From sequence record SRR2962707_813: a stretch of DNA of 64,000 nt; one strand, 5' to 3'. The notes beneath the pieces were generated by a model. It was not told where the DNA came from. It was given only the letters and a program-made list of their open reading frames with translations, and did not search any database. How positions within the stretch are numbered: position 1 is the first letter of the stretch; each line of letters starts with the position of its first letter. A program made the position numbers and the translations under genes. This document shows, piece after piece, positions 21,130 to 30,633 of this stretch.

Positions 21130-21745
21130 AGTTCGGGATATTTTTACCTAAAACAATATCACGACGATCGGCCAAAAGATCTCCTTCTTTGGTCAGTCTG
21201 AGAACACCATCCGACCCACCCCGGGCGGTCTTTTCTATATCTATGTCTTTATCGGCTAATAGGGGATCATCATGGAATAAATAGCTACCGATCCAATAAT
21301 ACCTACCGTCAGGTTCAAGCACGGTAATGTGAATGTGTGCTGTTTCTGTTCCTGTTGGATAGGATCCAGGTCTGAACGTATAAAATGTATACTCACCATC
21401 TTGATTGGTTTTGACCCAGCCACGAATGTACCCGTGCTTGCGAGCCCAGCCTTTTTCATCACCTCGGGTAGGATAAATGCCATCTCTATTTGTATGATAC
21501 AGATAAAGGATTACACCTTCTGCAGGAGTAATACCATCCGGCTTATACACAGTGCCACTGACCTTTATTTTTGGATTGGTCTGCTCGAATAGTGGAAGCG
21601 TGTCTACTGAATTTAGTTTTCTATCACCAAATTCCAGAACAGCATCACAGCCTTCGCACGGTTTATCAAGACCTCTGTAGTTAGCTTTTTGTCCGCATGC
21701 TGTGAGACAAAGTAGAGCAAGACATAAATTAATAGTGTGTTTCAT
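21122..21745 (-). CDS. Intradiol ring-cleavage dioxygenase-like lipoprotein
   Basis: Lipobox LTAC; GIYP, RGWVKTNQDGEYTFYTFRPGSYP, AHIH; N-terminal CEGC. Confidence 0.88.
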   Translation of the reverse strand: MKHTINLCLALLCLTACGQKANYRGLDKPCEGCDAVLEFGDRKLNSVDTLPLFEQTNPKIKVSGTVYKPDGITPAEGVILYLYHTNRDGIYPTRGDEKGWARKHGYIRGWVKTNQDGEYTFYTFRPGSYPTGTETAHIHITVLEPDGRYYWIGSYLFHDDPLLADKDIDIEKTARGGSDGVLRLTKEGDLLADRRDIVLGKNIPNYD

Positions 21746-21852
21746 GAGTTATTGAATTTAGTATTCAATCATACTCAGGATTTACGGTGTAGGTTGTGAA
21801 GATTGAGCGTTTAAATGCTAAGCTGAGTATTTATTGGCTTAAGTGGAGGAGT

Positions 21853-22665
21853 TCAAAGCAGGAGCCCTTTTACCTCATTGACATAATTTCGACTTAATCG
21901 AAGTTGCGATCCATCTTTAATAATAACATCATAATCTCCATTTAGCCGTGATTTGAGATGGTCTACAGCTCGAATGTTGATGATAGTGGATCGGTGAATC
22001 TGCTTAAACAGATTTGGATCTAGTTTGCTCATTACTTTCTTAAGACTCCCTCCATAAACATGCTGTCTGGTGGTTGTCCGGATCTTAGTCACACTGTTTT
22101 CTACCGTAACCCACATGATCTCATCCATATCCATAATGTATGATTTAGAACCCGACTTAAATTGGATCAACTTGGATTGAGGAGAATATGATGGGCTCTC
22201 TAACCATGGGTAGATCAAAGCATAACCCAGGTAGACTGCAAGGGCTATATATGCTCGCTCAGAAAGTGTATCCAGAAATAACCATTCAAATGGCCATCCA
22301 TTGGAAATAATTACGGAAAGTGAAGCAAGGATTCCTGAAAAAATAAGTAGGTGAAGCAGGCAAAGAACTAAGGCCAGACCCAAAACCAGCATCGCATACC
22401 TAACATGTTTTGCTTTGAATTTTGAATAGATAATATCAAGCACCCAAAACCAACCAAGCGATAATGGGATAAAAATGAGCCAAAAAATTTTGAACAACAG
22501 CGAATCTGAAATAAAGTATCCCAGGTCGTTAATGGATGAGTCCAAATAGTCCTGAATAAAAACCAACAAAGCAATTCCAGTCCAGAAAACAGTTTGGGTT
22601 ATCCTGCTTTTAAAAAAGAGCGATGCTGAGGATTTGTCTCTGATGTTTTGGAGAAGTCCTGCCAT
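21853..22665 (-). CDS. Membrane-anchored LytTR-domain transcriptional regulator
   Basis: About 4 TM helices followed by LytTR domain (FKQIHRSTIIN..NGDYDV..LRLSRNY). Confidence 0.9.
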   Translation of the reverse strand: MAGLLQNIRDKSSASLFFKSRITQTVFWTGIALLVFIQDYLDSSINDLGYFISDSLLFKIFWLIFIPLSLGWFWVLDIIYSKFKAKHVRYAMLVLGLALVLCLLHLLIFSGILASLSVIISNGWPFEWLFLDTLSERAYIALAVYLGYALIYPWLESPSYSPQSKLIQFKSGSKSYIMDMDEIMWVTVENSVTKIRTTTRQHVYGGSLKKVMSKLDPNLFKQIHRSTIINIRAVDHLKSRLNGDYDVIIKDGSQLRLSRNYVNEVKGLLL

Positions 22666-22829
22666 TCTTGATCAGTGTTTGTTCTCAAGATAGCTTTTCC
22701 GTTGAAAAGTTCATTTCTAATACTCGCACTAACATTGCTCTGACTCGTTTGACCTTACGCTTAAAAAAATCTGAAACTCTTTTGGTGGTTTTCGTATTAC
22801 AAACACACAGGACTATAAAACAAAGACTC

Positions 22830-22898
22830 ATGAAGGCGAAGCAAATCTTGTTGATCGTATATCTGGCGATACTGGCGATTACCATAATCATTGGTTAG
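22830..22898 (+). CDS. Putative 22-aa single-TM small protein
   Basis: MKAKQILLIVYLAILAITIIIG; A-rich leader before the ATG; downstream hairpin at 22946-22974. Confidence 0.4.
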   Translation: MKAKQILLIVYLAILAITIIIG

Positions 22899-23005
22899 TG
22901 AAGTTTGAAATACTAAATATCTTATGTCATTTTTGAAATGATATAAATGAGCTTTGATTCTGATATAGCTCATTATTTCTACTCCTTTTTTACCTGACTT
23001 TTACA

Positions 23006-23121
23006 GTGTTCTTTAAAACGAGACATATTAGAAGCGTTGTTGGAATAATCCGTTTAAGCAAACCACACTTAAGCGATTACCAACCTTGAAGGCAGGTCAT
23101 ATCCTGCCTTCAATTTTTTTT
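23006..23121 (+). ncRNA. Candidate structured small RNA
   Basis: boxA-like TGTTCTTTAAAA at the 5' end; bulged stem-loop 23039-23084; strong terminator 23086-23121; no ORF. Confidence 0.55.
23086..23121 (+). terminator. Intrinsic terminator
   Basis: TTGAAGGCAGG-tcatat-CCTGCCTTCAA followed by a T8 run. Confidence 0.85.
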
Positions 23122-23137
23122 GTATTAATATTATTAT

Positions 23138-23398
23138 ATGAAAGCCGGGGAGCGATACAATAATTATGATTTGAATGGTAATTTCATTTCATACCTTCGG
23201 ATGGTGGACGATAAAAACCTCCATGTTTTAAATAAAGATGGAGATAAAAAAGCCTACGGGAAGGTATTGGATGATCATCGATTCAATATTTATGATCTGG
23301 ATGGGAAACTCATCTCTCACGGAATTCGAAAAGATGGACCCGAATACAACCTTTATGATAATGATGGAGACCAGATTGGGTATGGAAATCCTGCTTGA
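23138..23398 (+). CDS. Small beta-hairpin repeat protein
   Basis: Four ~21-aa repeats of [YF]NxYDxxGxxIx[YH]G type. Confidence 0.75.
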   Translation: MKAGERYNNYDLNGNFISYLRMVDDKNLHVLNKDGDKKAYGKVLDDHRFNIYDLDGKLISHGIRKDGPEYNLYDNDGDQIGYGNPA

Positions 23399-23472
23399 AT
23401 TAGGACTTTAAATCTTAATATTTTTTCTTCGATATTTTCAATCAAACACACCAATCAATTCACTTCTTCGAT

Positions 23473-23480
23473 TACTTTTG
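23473..23480 (+). promoter_or_regulatory. Bacteroidota -7 promoter element
   Basis: TACTTTTG matches TAnnTTTG, 50 bp upstream of the antiporter ATG. Confidence 0.55.
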
Positions 23481-23529
23481 CGCGATTTTTATTTATTTAT
23501 TATATACGGTGGGAAACACCACTTTATAA

Positions 23530-24504
23530 ATGATTCTTACATACACATTATTCATCGTTGGCTTTGTCATTCTGATAAAATCAGCTGATTGGCTCGTAGA
23601 CGGAGCTGCCTCTATCGCAAAAAGATATGCGATCCCTGAACTAATAATTGGACTAACAATTGTATCCTTCGGTACAAGTATGCCTGAGCTTATAGTTAAC
23701 GTGCTGGCGAGCGTTAATGGCAACTCTGAGCTAGCTATTGGTAACATATTCGGTAGCAACATTGCCAACATTCTTCTTATTCTGGGAGCCTCAGCGCTTA
23801 TAAGGCCCTTGCCGATTCAGAAAAGTATCTATTACACGGAGATCCCTATTTCTTTACTAGCTACGTTTATGGTGGGATTTCTTGCAAACGCAAACTTGTT
23901 TGGCAAGAGTGCAGGCTTAGCTATCAGTCGTCTGGATGGCGTTTTGCTATTGCTTTTCTTCGGATTGTTTATGACGTATATCTACGTAGTAAGTAAAGAC
24001 AAGAAGGACGATCTGTACAAGCCTGACGAGGAGTCAGAAATGGAGATGATGCCTATGGCTAAGTCTCTTGTACTTATTGCGATAGGACTTATTGGACTTT
24101 TTGTAGGGGGTAAGTGGATCGTAGATGGAGCTGTGGTTATTGCACAGTCATTTGGTCTGAGCGAGTCATTTATTGGTTTAACGATTATAGCCGTTGGTAC
24201 CTCTCTTCCTGAGTTAGTTACCAGTGTGATGGCTTCAAGAAAAGGCAGAGCAGACATGGCTATTGGAAACGTGATTGGCTCTAATATCTTCAATATTTTC
24301 TGGATACTTGGGTTAAGTGCCAGTATAAAAGCGCTACCGTTTAATGAGTTAAATAATGACGATATTCTGATGCTTATCTTTTCTAACACCGTTCTGATTT
24401 TCGCAGTAATCAATGGAAAGCGTCCGGTAGTTAGTCGGTTTGAAGGATTGGTATTTGTGGCAATGTATTTTGCTTACCTGACCTACCTGGTATTGAGAGG
24501 GTAA
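23530..24504 (+). CDS. Calcium/sodium antiporter (CaCA, YrbG-like)
   Basis: Two alpha repeats GTSMPEL/GTSLPEL with GNIFGSNIAN/GNVIGSNIFN. Confidence 0.95.
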   Translation: MILTYTLFIVGFVILIKSADWLVDGAASIAKRYAIPELIIGLTIVSFGTSMPELIVNVLASVNGNSELAIGNIFGSNIANILLILGASALIRPLPIQKSIYYTEIPISLLATFMVGFLANANLFGKSAGLAISRLDGVLLLLFFGLFMTYIYVVSKDKKDDLYKPDEESEMEMMPMAKSLVLIAIGLIGLFVGGKWIVDGAVVIAQSFGLSESFIGLTIIAVGTSLPELVTSVMASRKGRADMAIGNVIGSNIFNIFWILGLSASIKALPFNELNNDDILMLIFSNTVLIFAVINGKRPVVSRFEGLVFVAMYFAYLTYLVLRG

Positions 24505-24507
24505 CTA

Positions 24508-25140
24508 TTAGCAACAGTCATTACTACAACTTAATTTCTTTGTTTTAGCCTTTACCATGGATTCTTTGCCTTCTTTCCAGGCATACCAGGCGATCCCCAG
24601 TCCACCAATTGCATCGATGTAAGGGATCTGAAAGAATTCATATAGTAAGCTTGAACCGAGTAGAATAAAGGAAAGGTAAAAGCAGGTTTTTGTGCATTTT
24701 GCATCTGATATGATGGGCTCGCTGTTGAGTTTATTGCCCACCTTCAGTTTTTCGGTATAAAGAAAGTACATGGTTAAAATGGAGAGTGCAGCGATAATAA
24801 TACCTGCCAGCGTAGTGACAGGTTCGGCCTGGTATATAAAAGAAAACGCAGCACCGACCACTAATCCTGCAGCAAGAAAATAGAGGGCTATTCCGGTAAT
24901 CCGCAAGGCGGTCACCTCAAAAGAATCATGTTTTTCGACTTCCCCCTTTTTCATCCGGATGATCATGTGTGCAATGCCCACCCCGGATAGCACTTCGGCG
25001 AAACTGTCTACCCCAAATCCAAACAGGGCTAGTGTTTCATCGGTAGCGCCGAATAAAGTAGAAACCACACCCTCGATGAGGTTGTAGAAGATCGTAATTA
25101 AGCTAAGGGTAAATGCCCATTTCAGGAGTTTTGTATTCAT
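24508..25140 (-). CDS. Cation diffusion facilitator-like membrane protein (TM domain only)
   Basis: YNLIEG, ALFGFGVDSFAE, Cys-rich C-terminus CSNDCC. Confidence 0.8.
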   Translation of the reverse strand: MNTKLLKWAFTLSLITIFYNLIEGVVSTLFGATDETLALFGFGVDSFAEVLSGVGIAHMIIRMKKGEVEKHDSFEVTALRITGIALYFLAAGLVVGAAFSFIYQAEPVTTLAGIIIAALSILTMYFLYTEKLKVGNKLNSEPIISDAKCTKTCFYLSFILLGSSLLYEFFQIPYIDAIGGLGIAWYAWKEGKESMVKAKTKKLSCSNDCC

Positions 25141-25343
25141 ATTGGAAAAAACAATAACGAATTGAAATCATTCAAAAGTACTACTCATCCTTTAGTATGG
25201 TTGCCGGACAGGTTCGTGCGGTTTTTGATGAAATTTCTCAGGAAGTAACAGGGGCAAAAATCAAAGTAGCAAATAGAATAGAAACAGTAGGGTCGGAGTA
25301 ATTGTATGCTTATGGAGTCACTCAAAAAGGGTAAATTTAACTG

Positions 25344-26195
25344 ATGTCCAGTGTAGTCCCACACAAAATCGAAAGGCGCACATCCGCTCACGCTGAAATC
25401 AGAGATGACCTGATTGTGGTGGAGGAACCTTTGGAGATAAGGCTGGGATATGGACCGGATGGGGATCGGGATCAACTGTCTTTGTCTGTGACCATGCGAA
25501 CACCTGGTAATGACGAAGAGTTGGCTATAGGATTTCTATATTCAGAACAAATCATTTCGTCTGCTTCTAATTTTCTAAGTGTCAAGTATTGTGATGATGT
25601 AGGCAAGCAGGAACAGAAGGAGAATGTGATGCGTGTTGAGCTAACTCCTGATGTAAAGCTGAATCCGACCCTTTTCAAGCGAAATTTCTATACCACCTCA
25701 AGCTGCGGGGTATGTGGAAAGGCATCTATCGAGCAGGTACGCTTTCAATGCCAGCCTATTTCAGATAAGATACGTATTAAGGGAGCCATATTGAATCAGC
25801 TTCCGCGTAAATTACGAGATGCTCAGATAGTATTTAAGCATACCGGAGGCCTACATGCGTCAGCCCTTTTTGATCTTTCAGGAAACCTGCTGTTTTACCG
25901 TGAAGATGTAGGGAGACACAATGCTCTTGACAAATTGTTAGGCCACCTTGTTTTAACCCATGATGGAAATGCTACCGAACACATACTATTGCTTAGTGGA
26001 AGAATCAGCTTTGAGTTAGTCCAAAAAGCGGCACGAGCAAGTATTCCAATCATAGCAGCAATAGGTGCGCCTTCCAGTCTGGCAGTTAATCTGGCTGAGG
26101 AGTTAGGGATTACGCTGGTTGGGTTTCTTAAGGAGGATAAATTCAATATCTATACCCATTCTAAACGTTTAGATGCCCAAAATTCGCTAACTTAG
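25344..26195 (+). CDS. fdhD: Formate dehydrogenase accessory sulfurtransferase
   Basis: EEPLEI, MRTPGND, SSCGVCG, TGGLHA, EDVGRHNALDK. Confidence 0.97.
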   Translation: MSSVVPHKIERRTSAHAEIRDDLIVVEEPLEIRLGYGPDGDRDQLSLSVTMRTPGNDEELAIGFLYSEQIISSASNFLSVKYCDDVGKQEQKENVMRVELTPDVKLNPTLFKRNFYTTSSCGVCGKASIEQVRFQCQPISDKIRIKGAILNQLPRKLRDAQIVFKHTGGLHASALFDLSGNLLFYREDVGRHNALDKLLGHLVLTHDGNATEHILLLSGRISFELVQKAARASIPIIAAIGAPSSLAVNLAEELGITLVGFLKEDKFNIYTHSKRLDAQNSLT

Positions 26196-26216
26196 GATAG
26201 TACTAATACGCATCTC

Positions 26217-27869
26217 ATGTCTGATAATTTAAGTGCACTTTCTGGTCGCAAGGGATTGGAGAAAAACCTTTTTGAGCAGCTGGTTCAGGAATCAAAAGTA
26301 ACCGGTACCGTACCTGATGATCGTTTGCGTGAATTGGCTCATCAGTATCTGATGGGAGATGCCATCACCTATGGCACAGCATCCTTTTATGATTTTCTAA
26401 AAAAGGAGCATGAAGGAGTAAAAGTACACGTCTGCAATGGGAGTGCATGTCTGGTTGCCGGAACGCAGGACAAGGTGAAAGAAAAACTGTCAAAACACTT
26501 TAAGGCGAAAGAAATCGGTCACATGTGTTGCCTGGGCAGGTGCCATGAGAATAGCGCTTTTAACTACAATGGACACAATTACTCAGGTAAAGCAATAGAT
26601 GACATAGAAGCCTTATTGGATAAGGAAACCAATGGCAAAGAGCACTATCATGTAGGAGGAAATACGGATCAAAAAGTGCTGACGGGTGAGCCATTGGATG
26701 CAGCCGGTTTTGCCAAAGCGTTTCAAGGTGTTCTTCAAAAAGGAAAAAAATGGGCACTGAATGAAATTAAAGAATCCGGAATCCGGGGTAGAGGAGGAGC
26801 AGGATTTCCTATGGGAATGAAATTGGAATCGTGTAAAGACACGCCGGGCGATGAAAAGTACATCGTTTGCAATGCAGACGAAGGTGATCCGGGTGCCTAT
26901 TCAGATCGATATCTGCTTGAAGAACAACCTATGCTGGTATTGTTTGGTATGATGGTATCCGGCTACATTGTTGGAGCCAGCCGAGGAGCTCTCTACATCA
27001 GGGGCGAATATCCTGAGGCCGTTCGGATTGTGCAGCGAGCCGTAGAGGATTTGATATCAATTGGTATCGTAGGGCAGGAGATGGGCGATTCCGGTTTTCG
27101 TTTTGATTTTAAAGTGGTGGAAGGGGCAGGAGCCTACATCTGTGGAGAAGAAACTGCTTTGCTTTCCTCTTTGGAAGGTCAGCGACCAGAAGTGCGGGTC
27201 AGACCACCTTACCCAACACAAAAAGGATTATTCAATAAACCGACGATCGTTAACAATGTAGAAACGCAGGCAGCTGTTTATTGGATTTTGAATAATGGTG
27301 GTCAGGCTTATACACATTTGGGAACCAGTAAGTCCACAGGTACGAAGCTGGTATGCCTTGATTCTTTTTTTAAGAATCCGGGGATGTATGAGGTGAAAAT
27401 GGGAACACCTTTTCGGGAAGTGATTCATGAACTTGGAGGCGGCTTTAAATCTCCGGTGAAAGCGGTTCATGTGGGAGGACCACTCGGTGGAATCGTACCA
27501 GTGAGCAAGATTGATGACCTAACACTGGACTTTGAAAGTTTTGCCAATGAAGGGTTTCTCCTGGGACATGCAAGCGTGGTTTCCATCCCTGAAGATTTCC
27601 CGATTGTGGACTATCTCCATCACTTATTTGAGTTTACTGCAGACGAGTCATGTGGAAAATGCTTTCCGTGCAGCATAGGGTCTGTTAGGGGTAAAGAAAT
27701 GCTGGATAATGCAAGGACGGGAAAGTCCAAAATGGATCGAGGACTATTAGATGATTTGCTGGAAACACTGGAAGTGGGGTCACTTTGTGCTTTGGGAGGA
27801 GGTTTGCCTTTAGGAGTAAAAAATGCATTGGAATATTTTGAAGATGAGTTGAACGCTTATTTTAACTGA
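26217..27869 (+). CDS. NAD-dependent formate dehydrogenase diaphorase subunit (NuoE-like + NuoF-like fusion, FdsG/FdsB-like)
   Basis: N-terminal SFYDF..CNGSAC..CLGRC [2Fe-2S]; RGRGGAGFP, CNADEGDPG, GAGAYICGEET, SCGKCFPC..C [4Fe-4S]. Confidence 0.92.
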   Translation: MSDNLSALSGRKGLEKNLFEQLVQESKVTGTVPDDRLRELAHQYLMGDAITYGTASFYDFLKKEHEGVKVHVCNGSACLVAGTQDKVKEKLSKHFKAKEIGHMCCLGRCHENSAFNYNGHNYSGKAIDDIEALLDKETNGKEHYHVGGNTDQKVLTGEPLDAAGFAKAFQGVLQKGKKWALNEIKESGIRGRGGAGFPMGMKLESCKDTPGDEKYIVCNADEGDPGAYSDRYLLEEQPMLVLFGMMVSGYIVGASRGALYIRGEYPEAVRIVQRAVEDLISIGIVGQEMGDSGFRFDFKVVEGAGAYICGEETALLSSLEGQRPEVRVRPPYPTQKGLFNKPTIVNNVETQAAVYWILNNGGQAYTHLGTSKSTGTKLVCLDSFFKNPGMYEVKMGTPFREVIHELGGGFKSPVKAVHVGGPLGGIVPVSKIDDLTLDFESFANEGFLLGHASVVSIPEDFPIVDYLHHLFEFTADESCGKCFPCSIGSVRGKEMLDNARTGKSKMDRGLLDDLLETLEVGSLCALGGGLPLGVKNALEYFEDELNAYFN

Positions 27870-27870
27870 T

Positions 27871-30600
27871 ATGTACAAATCAAATACGGTTTTTGTTGAT
27901 GATAAAGAATACACCTTTGAGCCAGGAGAGACCATTCTTCAGTTGCTTCGAAGAATCGATGGAGTAGAGGAGGTGCCAACGTTGTGCGATGCACCTAATC
28001 TGAAACCCTCTGGTTCTTGTCGCGTGTGTTCTGTAGATGTGGCTTTGTCTCAGGGAGGAGCAGCCAAAGCTCAGGCCTCATGTCATACTCCGGTCATGGC
28101 AGGCGCATATATCTATCCCCATTCGGATAGAATTCAGCGTTTAAGAAAAAATATCGTGGAACTGGTGCTCACGGATTATCCAAAGGATCATTTTGATCAT
28201 GCAAACCCGACCCAAAACGAGCTGAAAAAAGTAGCAAATCAGTGCGGAATAAACATGGAACAAGTCCGATATGCTCCGGGTCGTAATCATCTGGATCGGA
28301 CCTCTGATGAAAGCCACGCTTACATGCGTGCGGATATGACATCATGTATCAATTGTTATCGATGTGTGCGTGCGTGTGACGAGGTACAGGGAGAGATGGT
28401 GTTAACGATGCAGGGGAGAGGATTTGATAATGAAGTTGTGATGGGCATGAATGAAGGGTTCAAAGAATCTGACTGTGTTTCTTGTGGAGCATGCAGCCAG
28501 GCGTGTCCTACAGGTGCCATTACAGATATTTTCGAGTCAAAATTCAATGATGCAGATACAAAAACACGCACTATTTGTACGTATTGTGGGGTGGGTTGCA
28601 ATCTGGATGTCGCCGTTCGGGATGGAGAGATTACAAGCATCACCGCTCCATATGATGCAGAGGTTAATGAAGGGCACACATGTCTGAAAGGACGTTACGC
28701 ATTCCAGTTTTATAATCATCCGGAGCGCCTGAGAAGTCCAATGGTGCGTAAAGACGGTGAGCTCGTTTCTGTAGGCTGGGATGAGGCATATGACTATATG
28801 GTGGACCGGTTCAATTCCTTGCGAGATGATTATGGCGCTGACTCAATAGCAGGTATTTCTTCTGCGCGGTGTACCAACGAGGAAAATTACTTAATGCAGA
28901 AATTCATTCGCGCAGTGGTGGGCACCAACAATATTGACTGCTGTGCACGTGTATGTCATTCGCCCACTGCACTGGGTATGCAGCGTGCTTTTGGTACAGG
29001 AGCAGCAACTAACTCGGTAAAGGATATTAAGGACACAGATTGTATCATGATTATCGGCGCAAATCCGACGGATGCTCATCCGGTAACGGGGGCACGGATT
29101 AAACAGGCGGCCATGAAGGGTACTAAGCTTATTGTGATTGACCCACGGGAAATCGCACTTGCCAAATATGCTGATTATCACTTACAGCTGAGGCCAGGCA
29201 CCAATGTGGCTCTACTCAATATGATGATGTACTATATCGTGCAGGAAGGGTTGGTAGATAGCCAGTTTGTGGAAACACGAACCGAGGGATTTGAAGACTT
29301 TAAAAAGCAGATTCTGGCACTGGATATTGACAAAATGGAACAGGTGACCGGAGTGGATCGTGCATTGGTGAAAGAAGCAGCCATCTGCTACGCTAAGGTG
29401 CCTAACGCCATGTCATTCCACGGGTTAGGTGTGACCGAACACTCGCAAGGTACCTTTACTGTTCAGCAAATAGCCGATCTGGCTATGCTAACTGGGAATA
29501 TTGGACGAAAGGGAGTGGGAGTAAATCCCCTAAGGGGACAAAATAATGTGCAGGGAGCAGCTGATATGGGTGCCCAACCACACCAAGGAGCTGGATACTT
29601 GGACGTGACCAATGAGGAGATTCACAAACAATACGAAGCATTCTACCAGGCCAAGTTGCCGACGCATATAGGGTACAAGATTCCGGAAATGTTTGATGCA
29701 GCCATTGCTGGCCAGCTCAAAGCGCTATGGATCATTGGAGAGGATGTTGTGCAAACGGATCCCAATACAGACAAAGTGAAACGCGCATTAACCAGCCTGG
29801 ATATGTTGGTGGTTCAGGAGCTCTTCATGACCGAAACGGCTAAGTTGGCGGACGTGGTACTTCCGGGCGCTTCGTTCCTTGAAAAATCGGGCACTTTCAC
29901 CAATGGAGAGCGTAGGATACAGCGTGTAAATCAGGTGGTGGAACCTCTGGAAGGAACAAAAGCCGATGGTCAGATCATCGTGGACGTGATGAACCGGATG
30001 GGGTACCCGCAACCGGAATATCACCCAAAAACCATGTTGGAAGAGATTTCACAGATTGTCCCCTTTTTCAAGGGAGTTAAATGGGATGAGCTTGGGGAAA
30101 ATGGAAAACAGTGGCCTGTACCTGAAGATGGTTCCAGCACGGAGATCATTCACGTGAATGAATTTAAGCGAGGCAAAGGTCAGCTTAGTTACTTTGACTG
30201 GAAGGAGTCCAAAGAGATCGAAGATTATGGTAAAGAGTTTCCGTACATAATCACGACCAATAGAGAGCTGGAACACTACAACTGTGGTGCGATGACTCGC
30301 AGAACCAACAATGTCGACATCCTGTCAGAGGATGTGCTATTGATCAATCCAAAGGATGCTGCGGACAATCAGATTCAGGATGGCGATATGGTGTGTGTTA
30401 CCTCGGCCAGAGGCAAAGTGGATATCAAAGCGAAAATAACTGATGAGGTGCGTCCCGGTGTGATGAGCACCACTTTCCACTTTCCAGAAATTATGGTCAA
30501 TCTTATTACCAGCGATATTCATGATTCAGAAGCTAAGTGTCCGGAGTATAAAGTAGTAGCCGTTAAGATTCGAAAGTCCAAGGGAGTCTATGCAAAATGA
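27871..30600 (+). CDS. fdhF: Formate dehydrogenase alpha subunit (FdsA/FdhF-like, Cys-type, Mo/W-bisPGD)
   Basis: N-terminal Fe-S motifs; CTYCGVGC; active site CARVCHSPT; PLRGQNNVQG; C-terminal PEYKV. Confidence 0.95.
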   Translation: MYKSNTVFVDDKEYTFEPGETILQLLRRIDGVEEVPTLCDAPNLKPSGSCRVCSVDVALSQGGAAKAQASCHTPVMAGAYIYPHSDRIQRLRKNIVELVLTDYPKDHFDHANPTQNELKKVANQCGINMEQVRYAPGRNHLDRTSDESHAYMRADMTSCINCYRCVRACDEVQGEMVLTMQGRGFDNEVVMGMNEGFKESDCVSCGACSQACPTGAITDIFESKFNDADTKTRTICTYCGVGCNLDVAVRDGEITSITAPYDAEVNEGHTCLKGRYAFQFYNHPERLRSPMVRKDGELVSVGWDEAYDYMVDRFNSLRDDYGADSIAGISSARCTNEENYLMQKFIRAVVGTNNIDCCARVCHSPTALGMQRAFGTGAATNSVKDIKDTDCIMIIGANPTDAHPVTGARIKQAAMKGTKLIVIDPREIALAKYADYHLQLRPGTNVALLNMMMYYIVQEGLVDSQFVETRTEGFEDFKKQILALDIDKMEQVTGVDRALVKEAAICYAKVPNAMSFHGLGVTEHSQGTFTVQQIADLAMLTGNIGRKGVGVNPLRGQNNVQGAADMGAQPHQGAGYLDVTNEEIHKQYEAFYQAKLPTHIGYKIPEMFDAAIAGQLKALWIIGEDVVQTDPNTDKVKRALTSLDMLVVQELFMTETAKLADVVLPGASFLEKSGTFTNGERRIQRVNQVVEPLEGTKADGQIIVDVMNRMGYPQPEYHPKTMLEEISQIVPFFKGVKWDELGENGKQWPVPEDGSSTEIIHVNEFKRGKGQLSYFDWKESKEIEDYGKEFPYIITTNRELEHYNCGAMTRRTNNVDILSEDVLLINPKDAADNQIQDGDMVCVTSARGKVDIKAKITDEVRPGVMSTTFHFPEIMVNLITSDIHDSEAKCPEYKVVAVKIRKSKGVYAK

Positions 30601-30633
30601 GACTGAACAAACTCAATTTATTTCTGAATTCTG

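Noticed and set aside
22685-22891. 68-aa minus-strand ORF upstream of the LytTR regulator
   Set aside because: It has a non-ATG start, overlaps the more plausible plus-strand microprotein and the promoter region, and shows no recognisable features.
23006-23121. Assignment of the candidate RNA as SRP (4.5S) or 6S RNA
   Set aside because: It lacks the SRP GGAA-tetraloop helix and the long closed rod with central bubble expected of 6S, so it is left unassigned.
27871-30600. Possible selenocysteine formate dehydrogenase
   Set aside because: The active-site residue in CARVCH is encoded by TGT (Cys), and there is no in-frame TGA.
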